A stretch of DNA of 64,000 bases from Octopus sinensis (GCF_006345805.1 NC_043012.1:23126001-23190000), one strand, 5' to 3'. Numbered from the stretch's first letter, positions 1 through 14,636 are shown. Translations and numbers: made by a program. The notes: a model not told the origin generated them from the sequence alone.

Positions 1-1301
1 ATAAACCTGCAGACATGATGTGTTACCGAGTTGCTCTCTCACCAATGACTTAAACTTCATCAAAACAACCCTGAAACTGTTCAATGACTACGTTTTTCTT
101 TCTTGAATTCAAATAAGGAATCCTAAACAAAACGGTGCCAAAGAACTTATCAGAGCAATACCTTTAGGACTTTGCTATTTCTCCAGTTCTCCACACCCCA
201 ACATTTGTTGATTATTCTCTGTCTTCCACGTTTAAAATATTAAAAGAGAATTTTTTTCTTATTATCAATTCGTATAATTTTTATATATTTTCTGTTTTTT
301 AAATTAGCATAAACTATTGTTTATGTATTTTCTGTCTAATGTATGAAAGATTTAATCTTATCATAAACTTTAAAAAAAAAAAAGTGAAAGTTTCTGAATA
401 ACTTCAGATTGATGGAAGAAAATAGAATAGAGGTTAAGATATGGTGAAGGATAGAGGAAGAAATAAAATGGCAAAAGACAAGAGTGAACGGAATGGAAAG
501 TTAATGGAAATGTAAATAAATAAAAAAACACAAATGACAAAGAAGCAAAGAAGAAGGGAAGAGAGAAAGAGAGAGTAAAGGAGAGAGAGAGTGCAGAGTA
601 AGTTAAACAGAGTAGTAAGAAATGGAGAGACGAAGAGAAAGTGGGAGAAAGATAAAGAAAGAAAAGAAGGAGGTGATAATAGAAAAGGAGAGTAAGAGAG
701 AATGATTAGGAAGAGAGGAGTACAAGAAGAGGGAAAGAAAATAGGGAGAGGTGACCACATGTACATCGCAGAACAAATGGGGAAGAATGTTTGGTTTGTT
801 TTGTTGTCTTCAGTCATTATTTTCCATAGCTTTATCTAAAGAGTCATGAAAACTGCTGTTAAACAAAAGTAAAATGTGAAAGATATCATCTGGGGAAAAC
901 TCGTTCCAGATCAGAAGTATTGAAGGTTAGAAAAGAAAGCTAGAAGAGAAACAGGCATCTTTATTCAAGTTAGGCAAGAATGCTTCCATGTAAAGAAAAC
1001 AGATAGCTGCCTTCTTCAGCGACAGTTTTAAGGACTTATGTGCATTGCTTTTTCATCCCATGGGCTGATATAGTAATTAAAGTTTGAAAAACATAAAGAA
1101 AAGCTTGCTGTTAACAACATTGTGCTTCGTTTTTCTGGTGGGGAAAGGATTGGAAAAGTTCAAGTGTGATGTAAGGAGAGGGAAAAGTTTCTTTCCCATG
1201 AATACAACAAAGAGACTTACGGTAAATCTCTAGTGGATTGGGTTGAGTATGAAATGAAGTGACGAAAGAAAAGATTTGAAGAAGGAATACAACCGAAATA
1301 A

Positions 1302-1339
<38 letters not shown>

Positions 1340-4135
1340 TAATAATAATAATAATCATTATTATTATTGAAAAGGTTGGCAAAAAGAATAATGTCGCCTG
1401 ATGAAAGTTATTTACCAGATTAAAACAGTCAAAGAAGGAACAGTCCAGAGATATTAACTGATGCAGAGCACAGCTATAAAATATAGCTGAAAGAGGTAAC
1501 CTGAGAAAACAACACGACAATAGTCAAAAGTGATTGTTAATGGAAGGGTTTTAAAGAAAGAGGCAAAACTGTTGAGTTGCAGATTGCAATTCTGTAACAT
1601 TAAATGGTCTTTGTGAAATAATGATAAGACAGTCTTAGATTGGAAATTCTGTACAAAAAAATGTTTCATGGTTTTATATATATATATATATATATATATA
1701 ATTATATAGAGGTTCGTAAAAAAAAAAATTTTTTTATGCATAGGACTAATAATATAGGCTTTTTGACTAAAATTTTTATATGCGTTAGACCACTGGAAAT
1801 GTAAATTTTGATTGAATGCTTTTAATTTTAATTAAATTCCATTTCCCTTGATATGATTAAATACTGTATAAATATATATATGTATATATATAATTATATA
1901 TATGTGTGTGTGTGTGTTGTAAATCTCAACCATTTTGCTTACAGATTTTTCTTTTGCATGCATGTATATGTATGCATGTGTGTGTGTATGACATATATCT
2001 GTTGTTGGGTACTTCACTAGCAGTATATTGGATATACGTTATCCCATAGAGGGTTGCATTTACACCCCTATCTCAATTTGTATATATATATATATTATAT
2101 ATATATATATATCATTATCATCACCCTTTTAACGTACATTCTTGCATGGGCCAGACTGAGGCAGACGTTCTATGGTCACATGCTCTTCTTGTCTCACCTG
2201 TTTCCAAGAAAGGTGATATTTCTCCATAGCTAGGCATGTTTTTCAAAGAATAGCAACACTGCTTGTATGACAGTGACACTCATTTACAACTACCATGTGA
2301 TATCAAGACAAGGAGACACACACATACATACACACACACATAATACAGGCAAACTGGGACACAATCAGAAAAGTGATTGGCAAATACTTGACAGTAAGAT
2401 AGGCTATGGGTATATAAGGAACTACAACAACAGGTCCACATGATAAATATGAAACAATTAAAGCAACTTTGAAAATTGCATAAAATAAGAATATATCAAA
2501 AACTCATGGCACTCAGAGATCCATGTCGTTTGTGAGCCAGTATGGGACAGTATGGGACACCATAAACAATTATAACCAATTCCTTGTATTAGAAGCATCA
2601 TAGCTAATGAAAGTATATACTCTTTCATCTTAATGTTTACCTATCTCCTCATACACTTAAGGTATGACCTACCCTTTTCTTCCTCCTGTATCCTCATTAT
2701 GTTTCATCTTCTTGTATCTTGATGGTTTACTCAGAAACCTCATCAGTGCCACCTTTATTTTTTTACCTGGTTACACCTGTCCATCCTTATATCAAATTAT
2801 GGGGTAGCTATATGTTTCTACACCTTTAATTGTCCCTCTATCATACTTTTGCCTTTCAACACCTGGCATAAAGCCACCTCCTCCTCCCTCCCAAATACTC
2901 CCCTCCTTCACACAGTCATGGTTCATCTTCCCCGCTCCTCCCCCAATTTTACCCTGTTCTTTTTCTGTCTTGCAACCTATTTGGTGATCCCCATGAGCAC
3001 CATGGTACAAAATCAGAAAACAAACTCCCTGTACACACTGTAAAGTAGTTGGTGTTAGAAAGGGTACCCAGCTGTGGAAACCGGGACAGAGCTTACTGCA
3101 GTCCAGCGGTCAGTATGCTGGATCCTATCAAACCGTCCAATCCATACCGGCACAGACTGGCATTAAATGCCAATGGATTGATAGACATTAAATGATGACG
3201 ATGATGACGACGATGACGACGATGATGACAATGGTGATGATGATAATGATGACGATGATGATGGTGGTGGTGATGATGATGATGATGATATTTTGCAATA
3301 ATGTGATAGATTATTAGATACCAAAGTCTTCTTTCATAATACATCTATGACCTGGTCACTAATATTCTGTTTCCCCGTATCTTCTGCTGCATAAAGTGAA
3401 GTTGATTATCAGTGACAAAAGACTTTGATACCTAATAATACAGCATTTTATTACAAAATAATAATGGCGCAAAAGAGAAGATAACAGCCTCCGTGTGTTT
3501 TTAAAAGCTGCAGTGACTTAAGCATGATGCAATTGTTTTATATCTCAGACTAAACATGTTAGGGAAACAAGTGATATATATATATATATATATATATTTC
3601 TTGCCCCTCCTTAATTCTTCTATTTCACTGCCTCTACCTCTCCCTCTTCTCTCCCCACATGACCGGTGTTTGGCCAAGCCTGACCTTTCTTTCTTGGTTC
3701 GGCTGCTATCCATGCAACATCTATATTCCTCCCTGTGCCTTTGAAATCTTGTATCCTTGCCATAGGGCTTTACTTCCACACACGCCAGCTTAATATAATT
3801 CATCCTTATTCGAAAGACACCCATTATTAACGTCCTGTTATTTGTATTTGTGTACCATTTCTCTGGGGTTTTTTTTCATCCTTCTTTTCGTATACATTTG
3901 CTGCTTTCTTCCAAGGAATCTAGTGCTCCTAGCTTAGTTTTTCCTTGGGGCTGGCCAGATTGGAGCAATCTCGAGTATAACCAGCTGAAATTGCAAAGAT
4001 AATCTGGAACTCGACTGAGGAAAGAAAACTGTGAATGACCCATCCTTGTTTTCTTTGTGTCGTCTATCTGGATGTCTTGTCTCTTTTTTGTATCACCTAA
4101 CTGTCTGGATGTTTTGTGTTCTTGTCCCATTTTTG

Positions 4136-4173
<38 letters not shown>

Positions 4174-5036
4174 AAACAAGTCAAGATAGAAAATGCTAAA
4201 ATAATTTTACACACACACACACACACAACACCTTTTAATTGGCAGAATATTACAAAGGTGACTCGATGGCCAAGCGCTTCGTGCATAAAAGTGACTCACA
4301 CCAGGAGTCCCTTTTGTATCTTTCGAATGATTAAAATTAATATAAAGACATTCATGTATTTAATTCTATTTATATTAAGCATATGTACACACACACACAC
4401 ACCAGTAGTCATTGAACTTCAACTGGTGACACAATTAGAATCCAGAATTCCATAGAGTTTTCAAGTAGCTGAAGTGAGATGAGGAATTGCCAGTTCTATC
4501 AACTGACAGTAATCTGCTAACTGGATTGGTTGACCCTTGACTGACCGTTGGATGCAGAAGCTCTTCTGCCCAGGCTGTGTTGTGTAGTTTTACCAAATGA
4601 AGACCATATGTTAGATGAAGATCAATAGACCCAACTTCACATCTGCCATGCTGCTTCCCATGACTTCACCATGATCCTAGCTCAGGGAATTTTCATCACT
4701 GAGGTTAACTCCTCTATATACACATTATTGGCGGGCTGGTCACTCTTATGAGTTCCTCTTTCATTTGACAGCCTTTGTTTCCCATCATGTAGGATGCCAA
4801 AATCACCCACCTCACCAAACAAGCTTTGTGGGGTTGTCAGTTTAGTTGACCATGATATGACCAAGGGACAAGTTGTACTGGGTTATACATTACCAGTAGC
4901 TCCCGAGAGTGAGCTGACACAATATATATATATATATTTGTTTTGCAAGATTCTTGATGAGAAATTGTGTGTTGAAACAGATATTGTTATATATATATAT
5001 ATATATAATATATATATATATATGCATACATATATA

Positions 5037-5257
5037 CAGTAATCCCTTGACTATCGTGGGTGTTACATTCCCAAACCTCCGGCGATACCTGAAAATCCAC
5101 AAAGTAGAAACAGTACTGTATATTTTTTTATAATTTGTATATATTTATTCTATTATAAATGCAAAACAACACCACAGAGGAATTGACATAAGCTTAGATA
5201 ATAAACCGTATTAGGTGAACTGTGATCAGTGAACCATGATATGGTGAGGGATGACTG
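5037..5257. mobile_element. Tigger/pogo-like MITE
   Basis: Left end TA-CAGTAATCCCTTGACTATCGTGG and right end CCATGATATGGTGAGGGATGACTG form imperfect TIRs with a TA flank on the left. The CAGTAATCCC terminus is typical of Tigger-type elements. Confidence 0.65.
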
Positions 5258-5688
5258 CATAGTAATTACAGCTGGCTGGTGAAGGTATGTACTTAGTGGT
5301 TAGCCATTCCTGCACAAGGGCAGTCACTAACAACATGCTGTATTAAAACCAAGTGAGATAGGGTTTATTTAATGAGATAACCTTTATAACATCACCTGAC
5401 GAGATGTGTCCGCACTGATGGATGCACCACCACCAACCGCACAGCATCCCACCCATGAGGGATCGATGAAGCATGAGTTGATATGGTCATTATGAGCAAT
5501 AAATTTTCACACATATTCCATTTTCCATCTCTGCCATTTTGTTATGTATATATATTCTTTTATTCTTTTACTTGTTTCAGTCATTTGACTGTGGCCATTC
5601 TAGAGCACCACCTTTAGTCGAACAAATCAACTCCAGGACTTATCCTTTGTATGCCTAGTACTTATTCTATCGGTCTCTTTTGAGACCG

Positions 5689-5719
<31 letters not shown>

Positions 5720-7277
5720 ACATGTGCGTGTATGTGTGTGTGTAATCACATACTGAAATGGGCACTGGAACAATGTTTCTGCTTAAAAATATAATTAATT
5801 TTGGGTAATTCTATAAAATTAAGATACTAATTAAAAAAAAGCTTATTTTTCTACTTTTTCACTTTTGTGTAATTTAGTTGACAATTCTTTCATCGGACCC
5901 GCTAAATATATATGTATGTGTGTGTCTGTGTGTGTTTTTGTGTTTATGTTTGTTCCCCCATCATCACTTGACACTGATGTTGGTGTGTTTATGTTCCTGT
6001 AATCTAGTGGTTCAGTAAAAGAGACCGATAGAATAAGTACTAGGCATACAAAGGATATATATATATATATCATTATTTAACATCCGTTGTTCATGCTGGC
6101 ATGGGTGGATGGTTTGATCAGGGCTGGTTAGCTGGAAGGCTGCACCAGACTTCAGTCGGATTTGACATGGTTTTCTATTGCTGGAAGCCCTGTTTAGATG
6201 TGCATTTCGAAATGTGTGTACCAACAAAAGTAAAGCCACTAAGTTGCATAACACACACAGTCAAGTGAAGAATCGTGGTGAAATTCATGCCATATGTAAG
6301 TGGATCCAAGAATTCCACCATACTGCTTAATTCCAGGGCTGAAATTTTCAGTAAATGCAAGCACATGGATAAATTTCTCAGGGTGAACTGAAGGACATTG
6401 CCCTCTCTGGATGAAGCAGCTCTCTCGGAGATTTGGGATCCCTCTCCATTGAATTATTCTATAACAACTAGTTTAATTATGACTTCTACAGCCAAAGGGA
6501 ATGAAACTTTTCTTTCTCTTCTTTTCCCATTTTTATTCACACTTCCACTTCTTGCATCAACCTTCTTGATTTTCAAACAGAATAGACTGTGTGCTTAGAA
6601 CCTGAAGATTGCTTGGAGAAACAAAGCATGTTATAAAAACCTGTCTCGCCGTGTGTCTCCATAGCAAGAAACTTATCTTAATACAGTGTACATTAAATGG
6701 ATTAAATGGCATTTATCTCTCACTGGATGGAGCACTTTTTTTTAGATCTTACCTCAAGGGAATAGTAAACTATATATATATATACATATATGAAGAGCAT
6801 AGGTTTGAAACGTAAAAGACTTTCTCACTTTCCTGAGCGTCAAACAACTAATACACCTGCTTGTTGTTTATGCACCTGTCTTTGTCTATTTTGCTCTCCC
6901 TCACAATAGCAAGCATTCAATCCTGAATTTACAATACCTAATCTTTCTGATGAAAAAGACTGATATAAATTGATTAACATGTTTTGTCTAAACATACTAG
7001 TTAATGGTGATAACAGAATTGCAGTTCATGACTCATGAATAATGCTTCAAATAACATTAATCACTCAATTAACTTATTGATGAATGCTTTTAAAAGTATT
7101 TGCTGCATGAGTTATGATGCAAGAAAAGCTACATGCACTTAACTATGAAGGCAAACATTCAATGCTTACCACTATAATTGTACAAGGAAGCTTTAGTAGG
7201 TAAAATATCTCCCCGTATCACTGATATTTACACTGGTGTCCACATCTTTGTTATAATCACAAAAATTTGGCAGTTAT

Positions 7278-7680
7278 AGGTGCAGGAGTGACTGTGTGGT
7301 AAGTAGCTTGTTTACCAACCACATGGTTCCGGGTTCAGTCCCACTGCGTAGCACCTTGGGCAAGTGTCTTCTACTATAGCCTCGGGCTGACCAAAGCCTT
7401 GTGAGTGGATTTGGTAGACGGAAACTGAAAGAAGCCTGTCGTATATATGTATATATGTATGTGTGTGTATGTGTTTGTGTGTCTGCGTTTGTCCCCCCCC
7501 CCCAACATCGCTTGACAACCGATGCTGGTGTGTTTATGACCCCGTAACTTAGTGGTTCGGCATAAGAGACCGATAGAATAAGTACTAGGCTTACACAGAA
7601 TAAGTTCTGGGGCCGATTTGCTCAACTACAGGCGGTGCTCCAGCATGGCCAGGGTCGCATGACTGAAACAAGTAAAAAAA
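7278..7680 (+). mobile_element. tRNA-derived composite SINE (family A: tRNA head, CORE/V-like segment, internal TA/TG microsatellite, 3' half, GTAAAA tail)
   Basis: Box A/B-like head (GGCTGTGTGGTAAG...GGTTCAGTCCC) followed by GCACCTTGGGCAAGTGTCTT. Near-identical copies at 15988-16410 (+) and 36751-37171 (-); older copies near 20115, 23285, 35090, 39525, 48810, 60500 and 61540. Confidence 0.8.
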
Positions 7681-10491
7681 AAAAGGTTATATTCTCCTGC
7701 CTGCTTAGAGTGCCAGTTGCATTTGAAGCCTGAAGTAGACCCCAGGATACAACAGGCAAAATACAGTGAGAGTAGCAATAAAAATAAGGACTCTGGTCCA
7801 ACTACATCAATGAATAATAGAGGATGCAGCTGTGGCTCAGAGGTTAAGACGCTTGCTTTCCAATCACATGGTTTTAGGTTCAGTCTCACTTTGGGCAAAT
7901 GTCTTCTACTATAACCCTGGGCTGACCAAAGCCTTGAGAGTAGATTTGATAGATAAAAACAGAAAGAAGCATGTGTGTGTGTGTGTGTGTCCTTGTCTAG
8001 ACATTACATGAAGGTTGTAAACGAGCATCATTAATCACCTTGCAAAGATGATTTGAGATTCCCTTGAGAAACAAGGGAATGTCAGCAACAGAAAGAGCAT
8101 CCAGTTGTAGAAAATCTCCCTCAACATATTCTGTCTGACCCGTGCAAACATGAAAATATTAAGATGATAGTAGAAGGAGATTGATGAATAGCAGTAGTTC
8201 TTCAGCTCAGAGAAATTCAGACAAGTAAAATAAATAATCTCGTACCAACGTGACCCTTGTTAGTCATACCCTAAACCTTTCCTGCTTTCTATTCATATGG
8301 CAACTTTCCCTTCCTTCTGGAAACATGCAAGAATACAATTTATTATTACAAAAGACAGTTTTGAAAACAACAAATTCTGTTTTATTTATTAATTTTTGTC
8401 TTCTTTCATTATTTTGGTTTTCAGCCAGTTCCATTCTACTATAATACAATAAGGTACTAAATGAAAAAATGTCGAGAGAATAGATTATAATAGCAATTCT
8501 TAACTTCGGCATGGACAGTTGAAAATAGTACCTAGTATGTTTATATACTGTTGAAACAATATTTAGTGGCAAAATAAGCCCCTTGTTTATTGGTTCAATT
8601 TTGGTTCAATTAACAGCATTATCAACACCAGAGTAGTGAATAAATTCAATATATGAACCATTTCATTATACTGTTAGAATGTTCATCAACCATAACTGAA
8701 AGCATGTTGTTTGTCTTGTGTTTATAAGACAGAAATAAGGAACATTCTAAGAAGATTCAAAATCAGGATCCCCAGTCGCAGATCTCGTGCTCTTACTCTT
8801 TAACTTTGGATTTTAACCCTAAAATGCTTTCACAAAGAGACTTTCCCAAGAGAACAATAACATTAGCCTTATAGTTACTGGTCTGTCATTTCTTATAAAC
8901 TGATAATTGTTCAAATCTCTCATGTATGCCGTATCAAATGCCTATATCAGTTAGAGAAATATCTCTGACCAACACCGAATGATACCCATTACATATACAC
9001 TCTGATGATGATGTATAAACTTACATAAGCAGCATAAAATATTGATGAATATTTGAACTGGGGTTTGATAAACTATGGCAGGGGTATTCTATTTCTTGGC
9101 ATATTAACCACATAAAGAGAATGGTATATTTAGTGTTGCATTTGACAAGATGCACAGTTGAGAGAGATAATGTAAGAAGTAGCCTCAGTTAAGCTCTGCT
9201 GCTTTGAATAATAGCAGATTTACTAAGATATTAAATATATAATGACAATATGTGATATTCTTAAAGAAATTCTATTCACTCTGTGAAACAGCTTTCTTTT
9301 CACAAAACACTGTATGTCAAACATACAATATTTACTTGTATTTAATTCATGCTACTTTAAACTTGATTCTAATTGAAAAAAAAAACAAAACAAACTGGAG
9401 TGCAAGTATACACAGGGCAATATTCTATATGAATGGAGAAAATTATGTTTGACACCAAATTAGGGATGTGACTTGTACAGGAGAAAATATGGCAACTTTC
9501 CTTTAAGATATATTTTACATATTCCTAAATTCACATTAGGCAAACCATATATTATTTCTCCAACTAAAATTTAAATATTAATTAAATTTCACATTCTATT
9601 TTATTGAACAATAATCTCATTCTTATTGAGATAAAACAAATTATACACTGAGTTAAAAGGAACTCATTCATCTGAAAGTATATGAACAGGCCCAGGGGTA
9701 GAATTTTTGGGGGGCATACTTGCAGTTGCATATGAATGCAAGTCTTGCTTCTCTATGCCATGAATATTTGTCTTAGAGAAAGGCTGCCAATTTGGCACTA
9801 TTGCTGCAGGTGTAGCTATCAGAATACATAGAGTAAGAACAAGGCATTACATCTTCCCTGCCCTCTATCAATTCTGCCAATCCACCATCATAGATTTGTT
9901 ATGGTTTTCATCAATGCTAAAAGATGGAGGCAACGTTAACCTTAGTGGAATTTGAACTTATATACTGACACAGGCATGGTTTTATGATTAAGAAACTTGC
10001 TTTTAAACCAGGTGGCCTCAAGTTCAATCCCACTAAGTGGCACCTTGGCATTGGCTCTTTGTTTTGAGTGGACTTGATACATAGAAACAGGAAGAAGCCT
10101 ACCATACACATACACACACACGAACAATGATATACATACGAACCATCCAACTCGTGCTAGCACGGAAAACAGACGTTAAACGATGATATATATTCCAACT
10201 TGTTTTGTACCTGTGTGCTTACTTACATGTGTGTATATGTACATACATACATACTTACGTATGATTCCACGTATTCTTGTCTTGGAAGCATATAACAGTT
10301 GTAAATGAGCATCACTATCATATAAATGATTCTGTTATTTCCAGTCTTCAGTGAAAAAAACTCATCTGGCCATAGAGAGAAATATTACTTTGCTTCAAAC
10401 CAGGTGAGGGTTAGCAACAGGGAGGGCATCCAACCAATGAAAAATCTCCCTCAACAAATTTTCTCTGACCTGAGTAAGCATGGAAATGATG

Positions 10492-10527
<36 letters not shown>

Positions 10528-10733
10528 GAAACATCTATTTAACTCAAGCAAATCTGATAAATTTAATTCAAATATTAAATTCCACTCTTTTCAACTTTTC
10601 CCTTCCTAATATATACATCTATAGAAAGAAAGGAAAGGAGTTCAAAACTGGACACCTTTTTTCAGAAACATGAACAAGGTAAATGAAACATAATTGTGAT
10701 GGAACGGGCATATTGAAATCTTTATCAACGTAC

Positions 10734-10769
10734 CATGCCATTAGTCGTGTGAGTGTAGTTAGTACCAAC
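10734..10769 (-). CDS. candidate 36-nt internal exon of an unidentified gene (VGTNYTHTTNGM or LVLTTLTRLMA)
   Basis: Canonical acceptor tttctatattttcag and donor G|gtacgt, length a multiple of 3, open in two frames, in repeat-poor sequence. No homology recognised. Confidence 0.3.
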
Positions 10770-11749
10770 CTGAAAATATAGAAATATCTTCAAACCAAAT
10801 TGACATTTTGTCCAATGTGCAAAACCATTCATGAAAATATATTTCCATTCATAAACGAAAACAAATTGGACAAATTATACATAAAACCATTTGGCTTTTA
10901 AGACTTAGTGAGACAAATGCAATCAGTCGTCTTTTATGATGAACGACAGCCTTCATTTATAACAAGTAATATTTAAAAGCAAGAATAAAAACTCTACTTG
11001 CAATTCTAATTTTCCTTTCTTAACCAAAGGTGTATTCAGTAACAGTTACTTTATATAAATAAAATAATGTCACAACATAATAGACGGAACCTCTTAAATG
11101 TATGATTTAGAAAGAAGATAATGAGTTAGGTCTTGACACGAGTTTGGTTACTGATGAAAATAGTGATGTTCAAGACTCGCATTTCTTTCTGGCTTTAAAT
11201 ATTCACAATATGTGATTCACAAAAGAAGATAATTTATCTATACAATACCTACAAAGGCTATATTGTTTTACAATATCTAACTAATATTACAAGTGTTGAT
11301 CAAGGTCGGAATATTGTTCAGCTAAATGGTGAACTTGAAACAATATCAGCCATAATAATAATGAAAGCTATGTAACTGTTTTACATTTATTTTTTTAGTC
11401 AATATTTTGTTAAACATATTCTGGATTTTTTCACAAGTACATCATATCAACCATTTTTTTCTTCTTTTAATTTTCACAATTTATCAAATTAAGTGGCTTT
11501 AGAATTTCGTAATTAAGTTTCAGTATTTTTATCTGCATTAAGAAAAACAACTGCTACACTCAAAGTAGATACTGTCTGTTAGTACTGACAGACAGATAAC
11601 TTGTTTCAGTAGAAATTTTGAAATACGCCAGTGTTGCTGTATAAGGAAACAAACCATCATTCTATCGAAATAAAAGTAAAGGCAGTAACTTATTAATATG
11701 AAGGTTCTACATATTCATATAGGTGTGTGTGTGTATACAGATACATATA

Positions 11750-11980
11750 TTTCTTTACTGCCCACAAGGAGCTAAACATAGAGGGGACAAACACAGGACA
11801 GACAAAGGGATTAAGTCGATTACATCTACCACAGTGCATAACTGGTACTTTATTTATTGACCCCGAAATGATGAAAGGCAAAGTCGACCTCAGCGAAATT
11901 TGAACTCAGAACGTAACGACAGACGAAATACGGCTACGCATTTCGCCCGGCATGCTAACGTTTCTGCCAGCTCACCGCCT
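11750..11980 (-). mobile_element. tRNA-derived SINE with Nin-like central domain (family B)
   Basis: The minus strand reads GGCGGTGAGCTGGCAGAAACGTTAGC...GAGTTCAAATTTC...GTCGACTTTGCCTTTCATCATTTCGGGGTCAAT. Further copies near 24186, 50790, 54360, 62220 and 63030. Confidence 0.75.
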
Positions 11981-12012
11981 TTAACTTTAATATACATATA
12001 TATATATACATC

Positions 12013-12184
12013 TTATAGCCACTACACACATTATTTTCTCTCTTTTGTTTTTTTTCTGTGTCCCTTTCTGTAGAAGAGCATAGGCTCAAAACTTAAAATA
12101 CTTTTTCTATTCCTGAGCGTTATACTAATACATCTGATTGTTTTGTACACCAGCTTTCTTCGACTTGTTTTTTTTGTAAACTCT

Positions 12185-12190
<6 letters not shown>
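12013..12190 (+). mobile_element. hammerhead-like-motif-bearing ~180-bp dispersed element (probable Penelope-derived non-autonomous unit)
   Basis: Same sequence as 27755-27941, 39195-39380, 16880-17035, 57050-57215 and 60725-60905. The motif in this copy has lost the G of GAAA. Ends in (TA)n. Confidence 0.6.
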
Positions 12191-12235
<45 letters not shown>

Positions 12236-12461
12236 TAGTGACAATCAACACTCCATACTACATTGATGGATTGGATAATGCCCTTCTTAGTTGTGGATTT
12301 CCAATGCTATCTCAGGGTTTCATGTAATCACAGTTCACAATTTTCAAGTGTTTTCCTTAAGAAACGATGGTAATATGTAACCATTCTGGACTTAGTTATA
12401 TTTCATTCAGAAAGTAAGGCTTATTTGCAAAGGTATGTTTTCTCAAAACAGTATATGTGTG

Positions 12462-12497
<36 letters not shown>

Positions 12498-13600
12498 GAT
12501 GTATATGTATAGGTGCAAGTATGGCTGTGTGGTTGAGAAGCTTGCTTCTCGACCAAGTAAATCTTGGGTTCAGTTACACTGCAAGGCACACTGAGCAAAT
12601 GTCCCTTATATAGCCTTGGGCTCACCAAAGCCTTGTGATTGGATTAGGTAGACACAAACTGAAAGAAGCCCATTGAATATAATTGTATATATGTTTATAT
12701 ATGCATACATACGTGAGTCTGTGTGCACCATGTCTTGCCATTATGTGGTGGCAGTTAACAAACATAACTGTCAAGCAAGGGGATGGAGCTCATTCCCAAT
12801 TTTTCATGAAAATATGTCCAAGCATGGAAGAAATAAACCACCTTGCTTGGAAACAAGTGAGGATTGGTGACAGGATAAGCATCAAGCCATAAAAAATTTG
12901 CCTCAACAAATTCTGTTTGACCCATGGATGTTAAACAATAATAATTTCATATATATATGAGTGTATGCATGTGCACTGATGATATACATACATACATACA
13001 TACATATAATATATATATATATCTATATATATATATATATATTATCATATAGGGTGGCAAAAAAATTTTGTAGAATTTTTTTGCCACCAGTGGCCTAGTG
13101 GGAAAAAATAAATAGTCATAAGACCATTTTAAGTTCAACATCAACAATCAAGGAACGGCCATAATAGGCCATTCACCCACTAGAAATAACAGCCAAAGCT
13201 TCAACCGCAAATAAAAGTCAATTCCGTAAAGAGGAGAAAATTTAAAAAACATTTACCCTGTAATTTCTTATACGATGCACCGTTTCGTCTGCTGTTTAAT
13301 GGTAAACTAACCTGATTAAATTAAATCAAGCCATCTTCCATAGGCCCTCAGATTCTTCAGTAAGAAATAGCCACAAGTCGGAACGATATTTTCATGAGGC
13401 ATTTCCGACCCTGCCAAGTTATATCTGACCTAAATTTTCAAATCATCGCACTCGCGCCAAATTTATCGGCAGCAAATAATATAAGCCGTCGATCCATTAC
13501 GAATTAACCAGAAAATTCATAATTAATCAATATAGGGTGGCAAAAAAATTTTGTAGAATTTTTTTGCCACCAGCGCCTAGTGGCAAAAAAAATTTCTAGC

Positions 13601-13647
13601 AAAACTGTCTGATGAACGGCAACGAGAAACTCAGAGTAACAGATTTT
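13601..13647 (+). ncRNA. type I hammerhead ribozyme motif (Penelope-like, palindromic stem III)
   Basis: aaaactgt-CTGATGA-acggcaacga-GAAA-ctcagag-TA-acagatttt. Stem I is CTGT/ACAG, the core is canonical CUGAUGA and GAAA, stem III is CTC-A-GAG, and the cleavage triplet is GUA. Stem II is weak (CG-GCAA-CG). Confidence 0.55.
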
Positions 13648-14001
13648 GTTGAATTTTCTGCTGCTTAAAATAAAGTATATATATATATATATACATGATG
13701 GGCTTCTTTCAATCTCTGTCCACTCACAAAGCTTTGTTCAGCCTAGGGTTAAAGTAGAAGACACTTGTCCAAGGTGTCATACAGTGGCAGTGAACCTGAA
13801 ATGGTGTGTATGGTAAGTAATCTTTTTAACCGCCCCTCCATGCCTGCACCTACAATGAAGAATTGAAATCTGATAATTTGAACATATGATTATATAATCT
13901 CTGTTTTATAATAAATTTAGCAGGAATTAAAGACAAATGGTAGCTTAGACATGATGAACAGTGATACTGACAATATGTTTTGTTCTTGGAGAGATAAAGC
14001 T

Positions 14002-14054
<53 letters not shown>

Positions 14055-14277
14055 GAGTATTTAATCTTCGTGACCCCCCCACCTCTGAAGATCATGAATT
14101 TTTGAGTAACAATGTTCTGAGTTATAGGATTATTACCTGGGCCAATTACCTGCTTCTTTGTGCTTCTGATACTGAAAGTGACAAACGAAAGAGAGACTAA
14201 AGGACGTGCAGGGGAATGAATACATCAAGGTGTCTATGTTTGGATGCAACAGGCATACAACAGCTTTTGCCAGCATA

Positions 14278-14279
<2 letters not shown>

Positions 14280-14308
<29 letters not shown>

Positions 14309-14636
14309 GTTTAACGTCCGTTTTCCGCGCTAGCACGGGTTGGACGGTTCGACCGGGGTCTGGGAAGCCAGGGGCTGCTCCAGGCTCCAGTCTGATCTGG
14401 CAGAGTTTCTACGGCTGGATGCCCTTCCTAACGCCAACCACTCCACGAGTGTAGTGGGTGCTTTTTACGTGCCACCTGCACAGGTGCCGGGGGGGGGGTC
14501 CGGCATCGGTCACGATCGGTTGGAGCTTTTAACGGGCCAGCGGCACGGAAGCCAGCCAAGGTGGCGCTGGCAACGTTCGGATAGTCTTTTTATGTGCCAC
14601 CGGCACAGGAGCCAGTCGGGGCGGCGCTGGCATCGT
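14280..14636 (-). mobile_element. SINE-like retroposon with RTE-type (GAT)n tail and internal tandem units (family C)
   Basis: 3' end CCGTCCAACCCGTGCTAGCGCGGAAAACGGACGTTAAACGATGATGAT, with GGCGTTAGGAAGGGCATCCAGCCGTAGAAAC upstream. Copies near 33170, 35505, 40190, 43790, 46380, 49279, 55111 and 59747. Confidence 0.75.

Noticed and set aside
434-817. 127-aa hydrophobic ORF
   Set aside because: It is the translation of a purine-rich (GA/AAG) low-complexity tract.
3093-3344. His-rich ORF
   Set aside because: It is the (GAT)n tail of a family C SINE read on the opposite strand.
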